Shown piece by piece: positions 19,070 through 26,752 of a stretch of DNA of 43,358 bases. The notes under the pieces were generated by a model that was not told where the DNA came from, ran no database searches, and worked only from the letters and a program-made list of their open reading frames with translations. Source of the stretch: Flavobacteriales bacterium UBA6772. Lineage in GTDB: Bacteria; Bacteroidota; Bacteroidia; Flavobacteriales; UBA7430. The position numbers and the translations under genes were made by a program. Positions within the stretch are counted from its first letter, which is position 1; each line of letters opens with the position of its first letter. The DNA lies in the NCBI GenBank assembly GCA_002453265.1, contig DKGK01000079.1, forward strand, positions 2,486 to 45,843. Direction: 5' to 3'.

Positions 19070-20270
19070 TAGATTCATTGTATTGTTAGATATCAGGTGT
19101 AAAGAAATACAAGACTTTATTAATCGGCAGCTGCATACCACAGCTGCCGATTTAATGTTACAAGCTTCCAAGTATCCATTATGGGATATGAAAGCTATAG
19201 CACGGCAGCTAACAGGTAAAAAATTAGCTAAAAAGAAGCTTCCCACTTGGTTCAATAATGAACTAATCCTTTACCCCGTTCGCTTATCTATGGAGCAGTG
19301 TTCCTCCGAAGATACAGCAAATTATAAAAGATCCATTTTAAAATATGGAAGGGGAATTGATATAACTGGTGGTTTTGGAATTGATACTACTATACTAGCC
19401 AAAGACACTGAATCTGTTATTTATTGCGAACGAAATACTGACTTAGCTGCAATTGTAGAAAACAACTTCAATGCTTTTAAACTGTCTAATATACAGGTTT
19501 ATGTAGGAGATGGAATTGAATGTCTATCATCTCAAAAACAGCTCGATTGGATATTTATAGATCCAGCACGTAGAAAAGAAGGCGAACGTGTTTTTAGACT
19601 TCAAGATTGTGAGCCTAATGTAATTGAATTGAATGATTTATTTTTTGAAAAAGCAAATCAGGTTTTAATTAAAACGGCACCACTACTTGATATTCAACAA
19701 ACTATTCGTGATTTAGAGTTTGTAAAAGAAGTTCATGTACTTTCTGTAAACAACGATTGTAAAGAGGTTTTATACTTACTAGAAAAAGAATTTAAAGGGA
19801 GTACACAAATTAAATGTGTAAACATAAAAAAAACACTTACAGAAGAGTTTACTTTTAATTTTGAGGACGAACGAAGTGTTATTAATTCTTATTCTGAACC
19901 TCTAGCCTATTTATACGAACCGAATGCTAGCGTATTAAAAGCAGGAGCATTTAAATCTATTGCTAAGCAATTAAAACTTTCAAAACTGCATCAACATTCG
20001 CATTTATATACATCTAGCGAATTAGTAAAAAACTTTCCTGGTCGTACATTTATAATTAATGCTGTAATAAATGCTGATAAAAAGTCATTAGCAAAGCACA
20101 GTAATGGAAAAGCCAATTTGGCATGTAGAAATTTTCCACAAAAGATAGATCTCTTAAAGAAGAAATTAAAACTTAAAGATGGTGGTGAGGATTATATTTT
20201 TGCAACTACTTTAATAGACGGAAAGCCAAAACTTATTGTTTGTAAAAAGGAAAATAATGAGAAATTATAG
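19059..20270 (+). CDS. Class I SAM-dependent methyltransferase with C-terminal THUMP-like domain
   Basis: 403 aa. SAM motif I (GIDITGGFGIDT) and an IFIDPARR motif, with the overall layout of the Bacteroidota THUMP-like methyltransferase family. The start is uncertain: TTG at 19059 or TTG at 19083, and the first ATG comes only at residue 33. Confidence 0.65.
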   Translation: MIINRFIVLLDIRCKEIQDFINRQLHTTAADLMLQASKYPLWDMKAIARQLTGKKLAKKKLPTWFNNELILYPVRLSMEQCSSEDTANYKRSILKYGRGIDITGGFGIDTTILAKDTESVIYCERNTDLAAIVENNFNAFKLSNIQVYVGDGIECLSSQKQLDWIFIDPARRKEGERVFRLQDCEPNVIELNDLFFEKANQVLIKTAPLLDIQQTIRDLEFVKEVHVLSVNNDCKEVLYLLEKEFKGSTQIKCVNIKKTLTEEFTFNFEDERSVINSYSEPLAYLYEPNASVLKAGAFKSIAKQLKLSKLHQHSHLYTSSELVKNFPGRTFIINAVINADKKSLAKHSNGKANLACRNFPQKIDLLKKKLKLKDGGEDYIFATTLIDGKPKLIVCKKENNEKL

Positions 20271-20363
20271 TTGTTAGGCTGGACTTCGATAAACCTCAGA
20301 ATGACTATTTCTTAAGAGACTAGGAATTAAGTAACACTATCAACCTTACAATTTTAAAATAAC

Positions 20364-22805
20364 CTAAAACGGATCTACATCCACTTTAATTTTAGAACCT
20401 CTAAAATTGGTCTGCGATAAGATAGCATTTACAAAACGATTTAATTTATCCTTAGAATCGGGATATGATAAATTCCGTTCTATCTTAAGAAGAATTTGTT
20501 TTTGATAATACCCTTTTAGTCTTTCAAAGGCTGGGTATTCTGGACCAAGAACTCTGTGCTCGAATACTGTACGCATAGACTTAGCTAATAAAGATGAAGC
20601 TTGTTCTACTACTCGCCTGTTTCTATTTCGTACAGTAATGTGAATGAGTCTATGATAGGGAGGGTATCTAAAAGCCTGTCTTTCTAGCAACTGACCGTTT
20701 AGTAAGTCTTTATAATTATGGTCTTCTACTAATTTAAGAACCTCGTGCTCAGGCTGAAAAGTTTGAATAATTACCACACTATCTGACTGCTTACGTCCTG
20801 CTCTACCCGACACTTGACAGAGCATTTGAAAGGCTCTTTCGAAAGCTCTAAAGTCAGGGAAGTTCAACATTTGATCGGCACTTAAAACACCTACTAATCC
20901 AACATGATTAAAATCTAATCCTTTAGAAATCATTTGTGTTCCTACAAGAATATCTATTTCTTGTTCCTCAAAAGCATTTAATATGTTTTCGTACGAATTT
21001 TTCTTGCGAGTGGTATCTAAATCCATTCGCTTAATTACACGATTAGGAAATAGCTTAATTAATTCATCCTCAACTTTTTCTGTACCAAAACCTTTTAGTT
21101 TTACATCTTGCTTATTACAAGCTTTACAAGCATTCGTATTTTTTTCAGAATAACCACAATAATGACATCTTATACTTCTGGAGCTTTTGTGGTAGGTAAG
21201 ACTTACATCGCAGTGTTTGCATTGCGGTACATGTCCACAAGATTGACATTCTTGCTGTGGTGCAAATCCCCTACGATTTTGAAAGAGCAAAACTTGCTCA
21301 CCCTTATCTAAGGTTTCTTGAATTGCCATTAAAAGAGCTTCAGAAAAATGACCATTCATTCTCTTTCTCTTATAAGCATGTGCTATATCTACTCTATGAA
21401 TTTTAGGAAAACTAAATCCTCCGTAACGCTTTCTTAGAGAGTGTATTCCATACTTTCCCTTGTGAACATTATAGGCAGTTTCTAGAGAAGGTGTTGCTGT
21501 TCCCAGTACCACTTTAGCATTATAGTGATGCCCCATATAAACCGCTACATCTCGAGCATGATATCTAGGAGAAGGATCTTGTTGTTTAAACGAACTCTCA
21601 TGTTCCTCGTCAACTATAATTAATCCTAAATCTTCGAATGGTAAAAAAACGGATGAACGAGCTCCAATAATAATTGGGAAACGTAAATTATTCTTTACAT
21701 CTCGCCAAAGCTCAGCTCTTTCGTTCATTCCAAAACGAGAATGATAAACACCTACTAAATCACCAAAAGCATGTTTTAACCTTGAGACTAATTGTGTGGT
21801 TAATGCAATCTCAGGCACTAAAAATAAAACCTGTTTACCCGCATCAACCGTCTCTTTTATTAGGTGAATGTAAACTTCCGTTTTACCACTTGAAGTAACT
21901 CCATGTAAGAGGCTTACATTTTTATTGGTACTTCTTAATTGGAGTAAAACTTTTTCTTGTTCCTCATTCAATTTAGCTAAAGGAGCACCATCCATTTCTA
22001 TTTGCTCTAAGCGATTTACCTCTAAATCGTAAAGATCAATAATCCCTTTAGAAACCAGCCCTTTTACATTTGCCGTTTTAAAACCGTAAGATTTACAAAA
22101 GCTGTGAAATGAAACTTCGTCTTTTTTTTCATTTAAAAACTGACTTAAGAATTCTTCTTGTTTTGGAGAGCTTCTATGATTTTCTAATATAGATTTTGCT
22201 TGTGCAGCGTATATCCCTTCACACAAACGCATCATTTTTCTAATTTTCGGTTTAAACCGTTCTTGTATTTCTTCTTCTATTTCTATAACTTTTAATTCTT
22301 GCATTTTTTTTATAAAAGGCAGAATAGTTTTCCGTTGTAGAATTTGAGCAATTTCTTGAATTTTTAACTTTTTTTGCAATAAGAGTGCATCAATAATTAA
22401 ATACTCAGCATCGCTAAGTTTACTAGTATCTTCATCCCAGTTTGGGTGAATTACAATAGAAGTTTCGTTGGCTAGTTTAAAAGATGAAGGTAAGGCAGCA
22501 TTCATTACTTCACCTAAAGAACACATATAATAATCTGCAATCCACTGCCAAAGCTCAATATGTTTTGCAGAAATTAAGGGTAATTCATCTAATACATCAA
22601 TTATAAACTTCACCTCATATTCTGGCTTAGTAGTATGTATTGAATCAATGAGTCCTGCGTAAATTTTAGAGCGACCAAAAGGCACAGCTACCCTACAGCC
22701 TACTTCAGCTTTAGATAGATGCTCATCGCCTAATTGATACGTAAATTTTTGCTTTATGGGTAAAGGAAGAATTATATCTATATATGTTGCTTCCCCAAAA
22801 ATCAA
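20364..22805 (-). CDS. priA: Primosomal replication restart protein N' (PriA helicase)
   Basis: 813 aa. Walker A (GVTSSGKTEVY), DEEH box (IIVDEEHESS) and the PriA Cys-rich zinc region (CQSCGHVPQCKHCDVSLTYH...CHYCGY...CKACN). TTG start overlaps the upstream TGA. Confidence 0.93.
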   Translation of the reverse strand: MIFGEATYIDIILPLPIKQKFTYQLGDEHLSKAEVGCRVAVPFGRSKIYAGLIDSIHTTKPEYEVKFIIDVLDELPLISAKHIELWQWIADYYMCSLGEVMNAALPSSFKLANETSIVIHPNWDEDTSKLSDAEYLIIDALLLQKKLKIQEIAQILQRKTILPFIKKMQELKVIEIEEEIQERFKPKIRKMMRLCEGIYAAQAKSILENHRSSPKQEEFLSQFLNEKKDEVSFHSFCKSYGFKTANVKGLVSKGIIDLYDLEVNRLEQIEMDGAPLAKLNEEQEKVLLQLRSTNKNVSLLHGVTSSGKTEVYIHLIKETVDAGKQVLFLVPEIALTTQLVSRLKHAFGDLVGVYHSRFGMNERAELWRDVKNNLRFPIIIGARSSVFLPFEDLGLIIVDEEHESSFKQQDPSPRYHARDVAVYMGHHYNAKVVLGTATPSLETAYNVHKGKYGIHSLRKRYGGFSFPKIHRVDIAHAYKRKRMNGHFSEALLMAIQETLDKGEQVLLFQNRRGFAPQQECQSCGHVPQCKHCDVSLTYHKSSRSIRCHYCGYSEKNTNACKACNKQDVKLKGFGTEKVEDELIKLFPNRVIKRMDLDTTRKKNSYENILNAFEEQEIDILVGTQMISKGLDFNHVGLVGVLSADQMLNFPDFRAFERAFQMLCQVSGRAGRKQSDSVVIIQTFQPEHEVLKLVEDHNYKDLLNGQLLERQAFRYPPYHRLIHITVRNRNRRVVEQASSLLAKSMRTVFEHRVLGPEYPAFERLKGYYQKQILLKIERNLSYPDSKDKLNRFVNAILSQTNFRGSKIKVDVDPF

Positions 22806-23971
22806 TCTTCTTGTTGCTTCACTTTCTTAGTTCCTCTGTACATTTCGTATTTCACAAATCTACATTCTAACTTCGCCTGAAATATTTCAATTTTACGAGA
22901 AGCTCTTAATCCAACATGCTTTAATCCTTCCATATGAGAAGTTAAAAACCATGCTTCTGCACCAGAGTAATTTTTCTTGAGTGTATCTCCAATACTCTGG
23001 TATAGTGTAGGTATGTCTCCCTGAAGACGAACACCATAAGGTGGGTTAAATACTAAATGTGCAGGACCTTCAGGCTTTAAGGTGTCGAAGAAGTTTTCGC
23101 ACTCTAGCTCAATATATTCTTCGAGTCCGGCACTGGCTATATTTAATTTAGCTGATGCTATTACAGCAGGATCAATATCGTAGCCAATAATTCTACCGTA
23201 ACAATCGGAAGATTTTTTCAATTGACTTTCTTGTATCAATGCCCAAAGTTCAGCATCAAAATTTGGCCAATCTTCAAAAGCAAAATGAGGTCTGTTTATG
23301 TTTGGTGGGATGTTAGCAGCTATCATAGCAGCTTCAATCAAGAAAGTCCCCGATCCACACATACCATCAATAAAATTAGATTTTTTATCCCAACCACTTA
23401 ACATAATTAATCCTGCAGCAAGAGCTTCAGAAATTGGAGCTTCATTGGTTTCTAAACGATAGCCTCTTTTGTGAAGAGATTTCCCAGAACTGTCTAAAGA
23501 AACAGTACAAGCATCTTCGCTAATATGAATATTAATCCTTAAGTTTGGATTGTCAAGATCAACGTCAGGACGCATACCGCACTTATCTCTAAATTGATCT
23601 ACAATAGCATCTTTTGTTTTAAGTGCGATGTATAAAGAGTGGTTAAAATAAGTAGAGTTTACAAAAGCATCGACAGCAAAAGTGTCGTCTATGGTCATGT
23701 ACTTCTCCCAATCTAAAGCTTGTATAGCATTATAAAACTCATCTTCATTAGTAACCTTAAAGGTTTTTATAGGTTTTATAATCCTTACAGCAGTACGTAA
23801 AGACAAGTTAGCCTTATACATAAAGCCAATATCACCTTTAAACTTTACTGCTCTACGAAGTGTTTTTATGTCTTGTGCTCCTAGCTGAAGTAATTCTTTT
23901 GCTAGTACATCTTCCAATCCGTGATATGTCTTGGCTATCATTTCGAAATTCCCGCTTTTTTCTGCTTTCAT
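22802..23971 (-). CDS. THUMP domain-containing class I SAM-dependent RNA methyltransferase (RlmL/UPF0020-like)
   Basis: THUMP N-terminal half, SAM motif I (DGMCGSGTF) and the NPPYG motif (VFNPPYGVRL). I place the start at ATG 23971 (MKAEKSGNFEMIAK...). The 26-residue upstream extension to 24049 would contain the candidate promoter. Confidence 0.8.
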   Translation of the reverse strand: MKAEKSGNFEMIAKTYHGLEDVLAKELLQLGAQDIKTLRRAVKFKGDIGFMYKANLSLRTAVRIIKPIKTFKVTNEDEFYNAIQALDWEKYMTIDDTFAVDAFVNSTYFNHSLYIALKTKDAIVDQFRDKCGMRPDVDLDNPNLRINIHISEDACTVSLDSSGKSLHKRGYRLETNEAPISEALAAGLIMLSGWDKKSNFIDGMCGSGTFLIEAAMIAANIPPNINRPHFAFEDWPNFDAELWALIQESQLKKSSDCYGRIIGYDIDPAVIASAKLNIASAGLEEYIELECENFFDTLKPEGPAHLVFNPPYGVRLQGDIPTLYQSIGDTLKKNYSGAEAWFLTSHMEGLKHVGLRASRKIEIFQAKLECRFVKYEMYRGTKKVKQQED

Positions 23972-24003
23972 CTTTGGTATACCTTTAAACCATTTAATTT
24001 TGC

Positions 24004-24011
24004 CAAAGATA
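24004..24011 (-). promoter_or_regulatory. Candidate -7 promoter element (TATCTTTG on the minus strand) for the THUMP methyltransferase-priA operon
   Basis: CAAAGATA on the plus strand is TATCTTTG on the minus strand, an exact TAnnTTTG match 33 nt upstream of the ATG at 23971. Confidence 0.4.
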
Positions 24012-24199
24012 CAAGTATTTACTAGTATCTTGAAAAATGAAATATACATTTTATCAATTTATTTGCACTCAATTTATGGTTACAGTAACTTAGGTGATTC
24101 TAAAACTTATTTATAATAAGAACTTAAAACTTAGTAAAATCATTATAAAAACACGAATTTTGCATCAACTATTCACTTTAGCTAAACTGACTCATAAAG

Positions 24200-25264
24200 A
24201 TGAAAAAACACAACTTTAGTGCAGGTCCTTGCATTTTACCTCAAGAAGTACTTCAACAAGCTTCTCAAGCCGTTTTAAACTTCAACAACTCCAATCTTTC
24301 CTTAATCGAAGTTTCGCATAGAAGTAAAGATTTCGTAGCGGTTATGGATAATGCAGTAGCTTTAGTAAAAGAGTTGTTAGAGCTCCCTTCTGGGTATTCT
24401 GTACTTTTCCTTCAAGGTGGTGCTAGTACACAGTTTTTAATGACTGTTATGAATTTATTGAAAGTCGATGGTAAAGCTGGTTATATTAATACAGGTACTT
24501 GGGCTGATAAAGCCATTAAAGAAGCTAAAAAACTTGGGGATATAGAAGTTCTAGCCTCTTCAAAAGACAAAAACTATTCTTTTATTCCTAAAGGATTTTC
24601 TGTTGGTAGTGATTTAGACTACTTACATTTTACATCTAACAATACTATTTTTGGAACTCAGTTTCAAGAATTTCCAAAGGTTTCTGGCGATACTTTATTA
24701 GTATGCGATATGTCTTCGGATATATTCTCTCGTAAATTCGATGCTTCTAAATTTGATTTAATCTATGCTGGTGCTCAAAAAAACATGGGTCCTGCAGGAG
24801 CTACTTTGGTAATTGTAAAAGATGAAATCTTAAATAAAACAGGTCGCTCTATACCTACAATGTTAGATTATTCTACCCATATAAGTAAGGAATCCATGTT
24901 TAACACACCTCCCGTTTTCCCTATTTATGTTTCTATGTTAACTCTAGAATGGTTAAAGAAGAACGGTGGTGTAGAATGGATAGAAGGCGTAAATACTGCT
25001 AAGGCAGAATTACTTTACAACGAAATCGATACAAACCCTAACTTTAATGGAGTTGCGGCAAAAGAAGATCGTTCTAAAATGAATGTTACTTTTACTTTAA
25101 CAGATGAGAGTAAACAAGAAGCATTTGATAAATTATGGAATGATGCAGGAATAAATGGAATAAAAGGACATCGATCTGTAGGTGGTTACAGAGCATCTAT
25201 TTACAATGCACTTCCTTTAGAAAGTGTTCAGGTTTTAGTTGATGCAATGCAGAAATTAGCCTAA
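24200..25264 (+). CDS. serC: 3-phosphoserine / phosphohydroxythreonine aminotransferase
   Basis: 354 aa. N-terminus HNFSAGPCILPQEVL, plus GGASTQF and the PLP-lysine context YAGAQKNMGPAG, all typical of SerC. Confidence 0.93.
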   Translation: MKKHNFSAGPCILPQEVLQQASQAVLNFNNSNLSLIEVSHRSKDFVAVMDNAVALVKELLELPSGYSVLFLQGGASTQFLMTVMNLLKVDGKAGYINTGTWADKAIKEAKKLGDIEVLASSKDKNYSFIPKGFSVGSDLDYLHFTSNNTIFGTQFQEFPKVSGDTLLVCDMSSDIFSRKFDASKFDLIYAGAQKNMGPAGATLVIVKDEILNKTGRSIPTMLDYSTHISKESMFNTPPVFPIYVSMLTLEWLKKNGGVEWIEGVNTAKAELLYNEIDTNPNFNGVAAKEDRSKMNVTFTLTDESKQEAFDKLWNDAGINGIKGHRSVGGYRASIYNALPLESVQVLVDAMQKLA

Positions 25265-25265
25265 A

Positions 25266-25700
25266 ATGAGTGACAAGCTGAAAGAATTGTTCGATAAGAA
25301 TGGTAATACTATCAGTCCGCAACTAGGTGATGATGTAAAAAATTACTTGATTGACATTGATGGTACAATTACCGAAGATGTTCCAAATGAAGAGCCAGAA
25401 AGAATGGTTACTTGTGAGCCATGGTTAGATGCTAAAGAAATAATTAACAACTGGTATAACGAAGGACATATAATTACTTTTTTTACTTCTAGAACAGAAG
25501 ATACTAGAGAAGTAACTCTTGCTTGGCTAAATAAACACGGTTTTAAATACCAAGGTTTATTAATGAATAAACCAAGAGGAGGAAATTACCATTGGATAGA
25601 CAACCATATTGTTAGAGCAACACGTTTTAAAACTAAATGGACTCCATTGGTTAAAAAAAGTAGCATGATTGAAGTATTTGATAACGACCTAGAAAAATAA
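25266..25700 (+). CDS. Small capless HAD-superfamily phosphatase-like protein
   Basis: 144 aa. HAD motif I DIDGT (LIDIDGTIT), motif II TSR (FFTSRTE), a motif III lysine (NKPRGG) and an acidic motif IV candidate (WIDNH). It starts 2 nt after serC ends and stops 2 nt before serA starts. Confidence 0.55.
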   Translation: MSDKLKELFDKNGNTISPQLGDDVKNYLIDIDGTITEDVPNEEPERMVTCEPWLDAKEIINNWYNEGHIITFFTSRTEDTREVTLAWLNKHGFKYQGLLMNKPRGGNYHWIDNHIVRATRFKTKWTPLVKKSSMIEVFDNDLEK

Positions 25701-25702
25701 AC

Positions 25703-26653
25703 ATGAAGATATTAGCTAACGACGGAATTGCAAAAAGCGGAATTGATGCTTTAGAAACTGCAGGATTCGAAGTAATTACAGATACAGTAGCGCAAGAGCG
25801 CTTAGTAAAATACATAAACGATAATAATATTACTGGACTTTTAGTTCGTTCTGCAACCAAAGTTCGCAAGGATATTATCGATTCTTGTTCTAGTCTTAAA
25901 CTCATCGGTCGTGGTGGTGTAGGAATGGATAATATTGATGTTGATTATGCACGCGAAAAAGGATTACACGTAATCAATACGCCAGGAGCAAGTTCTGCTT
26001 CTGTAGCAGAATTGGTTTTTGCACACCTTTTTGGAATGGTTCGTTTTTTATTCGATTCCAACAGAAACATGCCTTTAGATGGAGATACTCGTTTTAAGGA
26101 ATTGAAAAAAAATTACGGAGCAGGAATTGAACTAAGAGGAAAAAAAATCGGTATTATTGGTTTTGGTCGTATTGGGAGAGAGGTTGCTAAAATTGCTTTA
26201 GGACAAGGAATGGAAGTTCTTGCACATGATCCTTATTGCGAAACTGCTACAATAGATTTAGATTTCTACGATGGACAAAAACTAAGCTTCAATATAAATA
26301 CTATTGCTATTGAAGACGTTTATAAAAACGCTGATTTCATTACAGTTCACGTTCCTTTTCAAGGAAAGCCTTTAATTTCTAAAAAGGAAATTAATATGAT
26401 GAAAGATAATGTAGGTCTTATAAATGCTGCTCGTGGTGGTGTTATAGATGAGTCTGATTTATTAGATGCTTTAGAAAGTGGTAAAGTACGTTTTGCAGGA
26501 TTAGATGTTTTCGTAAACGAACCTACTCCTAATATGAGAGTTCTAATGACACATCAAATTTCTATGACTCCTCATATTGGAGCTGCAACTTTAGAAGCTC
26601 AAGACAGAATAGGTACAGAGTTGGCAGAACAAATTGAAAGTCTTTTAAAATAA
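25703..26653 (+). CDS. serA: D-3-phosphoglycerate dehydrogenase (short form, no ACT domain) / D-2-hydroxyacid dehydrogenase
   Basis: 316 aa. NAD-binding GIIGFGRIGREVA and the catalytic R...E...H pattern (NAARGG, TPHIGA). Linkage to serC supports the SerA assignment. Confidence 0.85.
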   Translation: MKILANDGIAKSGIDALETAGFEVITDTVAQERLVKYINDNNITGLLVRSATKVRKDIIDSCSSLKLIGRGGVGMDNIDVDYAREKGLHVINTPGASSASVAELVFAHLFGMVRFLFDSNRNMPLDGDTRFKELKKNYGAGIELRGKKIGIIGFGRIGREVAKIALGQGMEVLAHDPYCETATIDLDFYDGQKLSFNINTIAIEDVYKNADFITVHVPFQGKPLISKKEINMMKDNVGLINAARGGVIDESDLLDALESGKVRFAGLDVFVNEPTPNMRVLMTHQISMTPHIGAATLEAQDRIGTELAEQIESLLK

Positions 26654-26696
26654 GTCATTACATTAAAATACTTATTTTCTAAGAAATACAATATAT

Positions 26697-26728
26697 AAAA
26701 AGAGCCACTCAATTGAGTGGCTCTTTTT
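26697..26728. terminator. Bidirectional intrinsic terminator between convergent serA and the metalloprotease gene
   Basis: AAAAAGAGCCACTC-AATT-GAGTGGCTCTTTTT. This is a perfect 14-bp palindrome arm pair with a GC core, flanked by an A-run and a T-run. Confidence 0.85.
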
Positions 26729-26752
26729 GTATAATTTAAAACTATTAGTTGC

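Noticed and set aside
19040-19255. 71-aa minus-strand ORF across the junction of the 135-aa protein gene and the THUMP-like methyltransferase gene.
   Set aside because: It is antisense to two tightly coupled genes. The sequence is Cys/Ser/Ile-rich and shadow-like.
20271-20363. 93-nt spacer between the convergent THUMP-like methyltransferase gene and priA, checked for a terminator or small RNA.
   Set aside because: I could not find a stable GC-containing hairpin or T-tract, so there is nothing to report beyond the absence of an obvious intrinsic terminator.
19059-23971. Two SAM-dependent methyltransferases flanking priA considered as restriction-modification or DNA-modification genes.
   Set aside because: Both carry THUMP or THUMP-like RNA-binding modules typical of rRNA/tRNA methyltransferases. 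No restriction endonuclease, specificity subunit or helicase-nuclease partner is present.
23972-24049. 26-codon N-terminal extension of the THUMP methyltransferase (MYISFFKILVNTCIFGKIKWFKGIPK).
   Set aside because: It contains the TATCTTTG promoter-like motif and is hydrophobic filler. Homologous THUMP methyltransferases start close to the MKAEKS... position.
23931-24116. 61-aa plus-strand ORF in the THUMP methyltransferase / serC divergent region.
   Set aside because: It overlaps the methyltransferase start and the candidate minus-strand promoter. The translation is hydrophobic and low-complexity, with no supporting signals.
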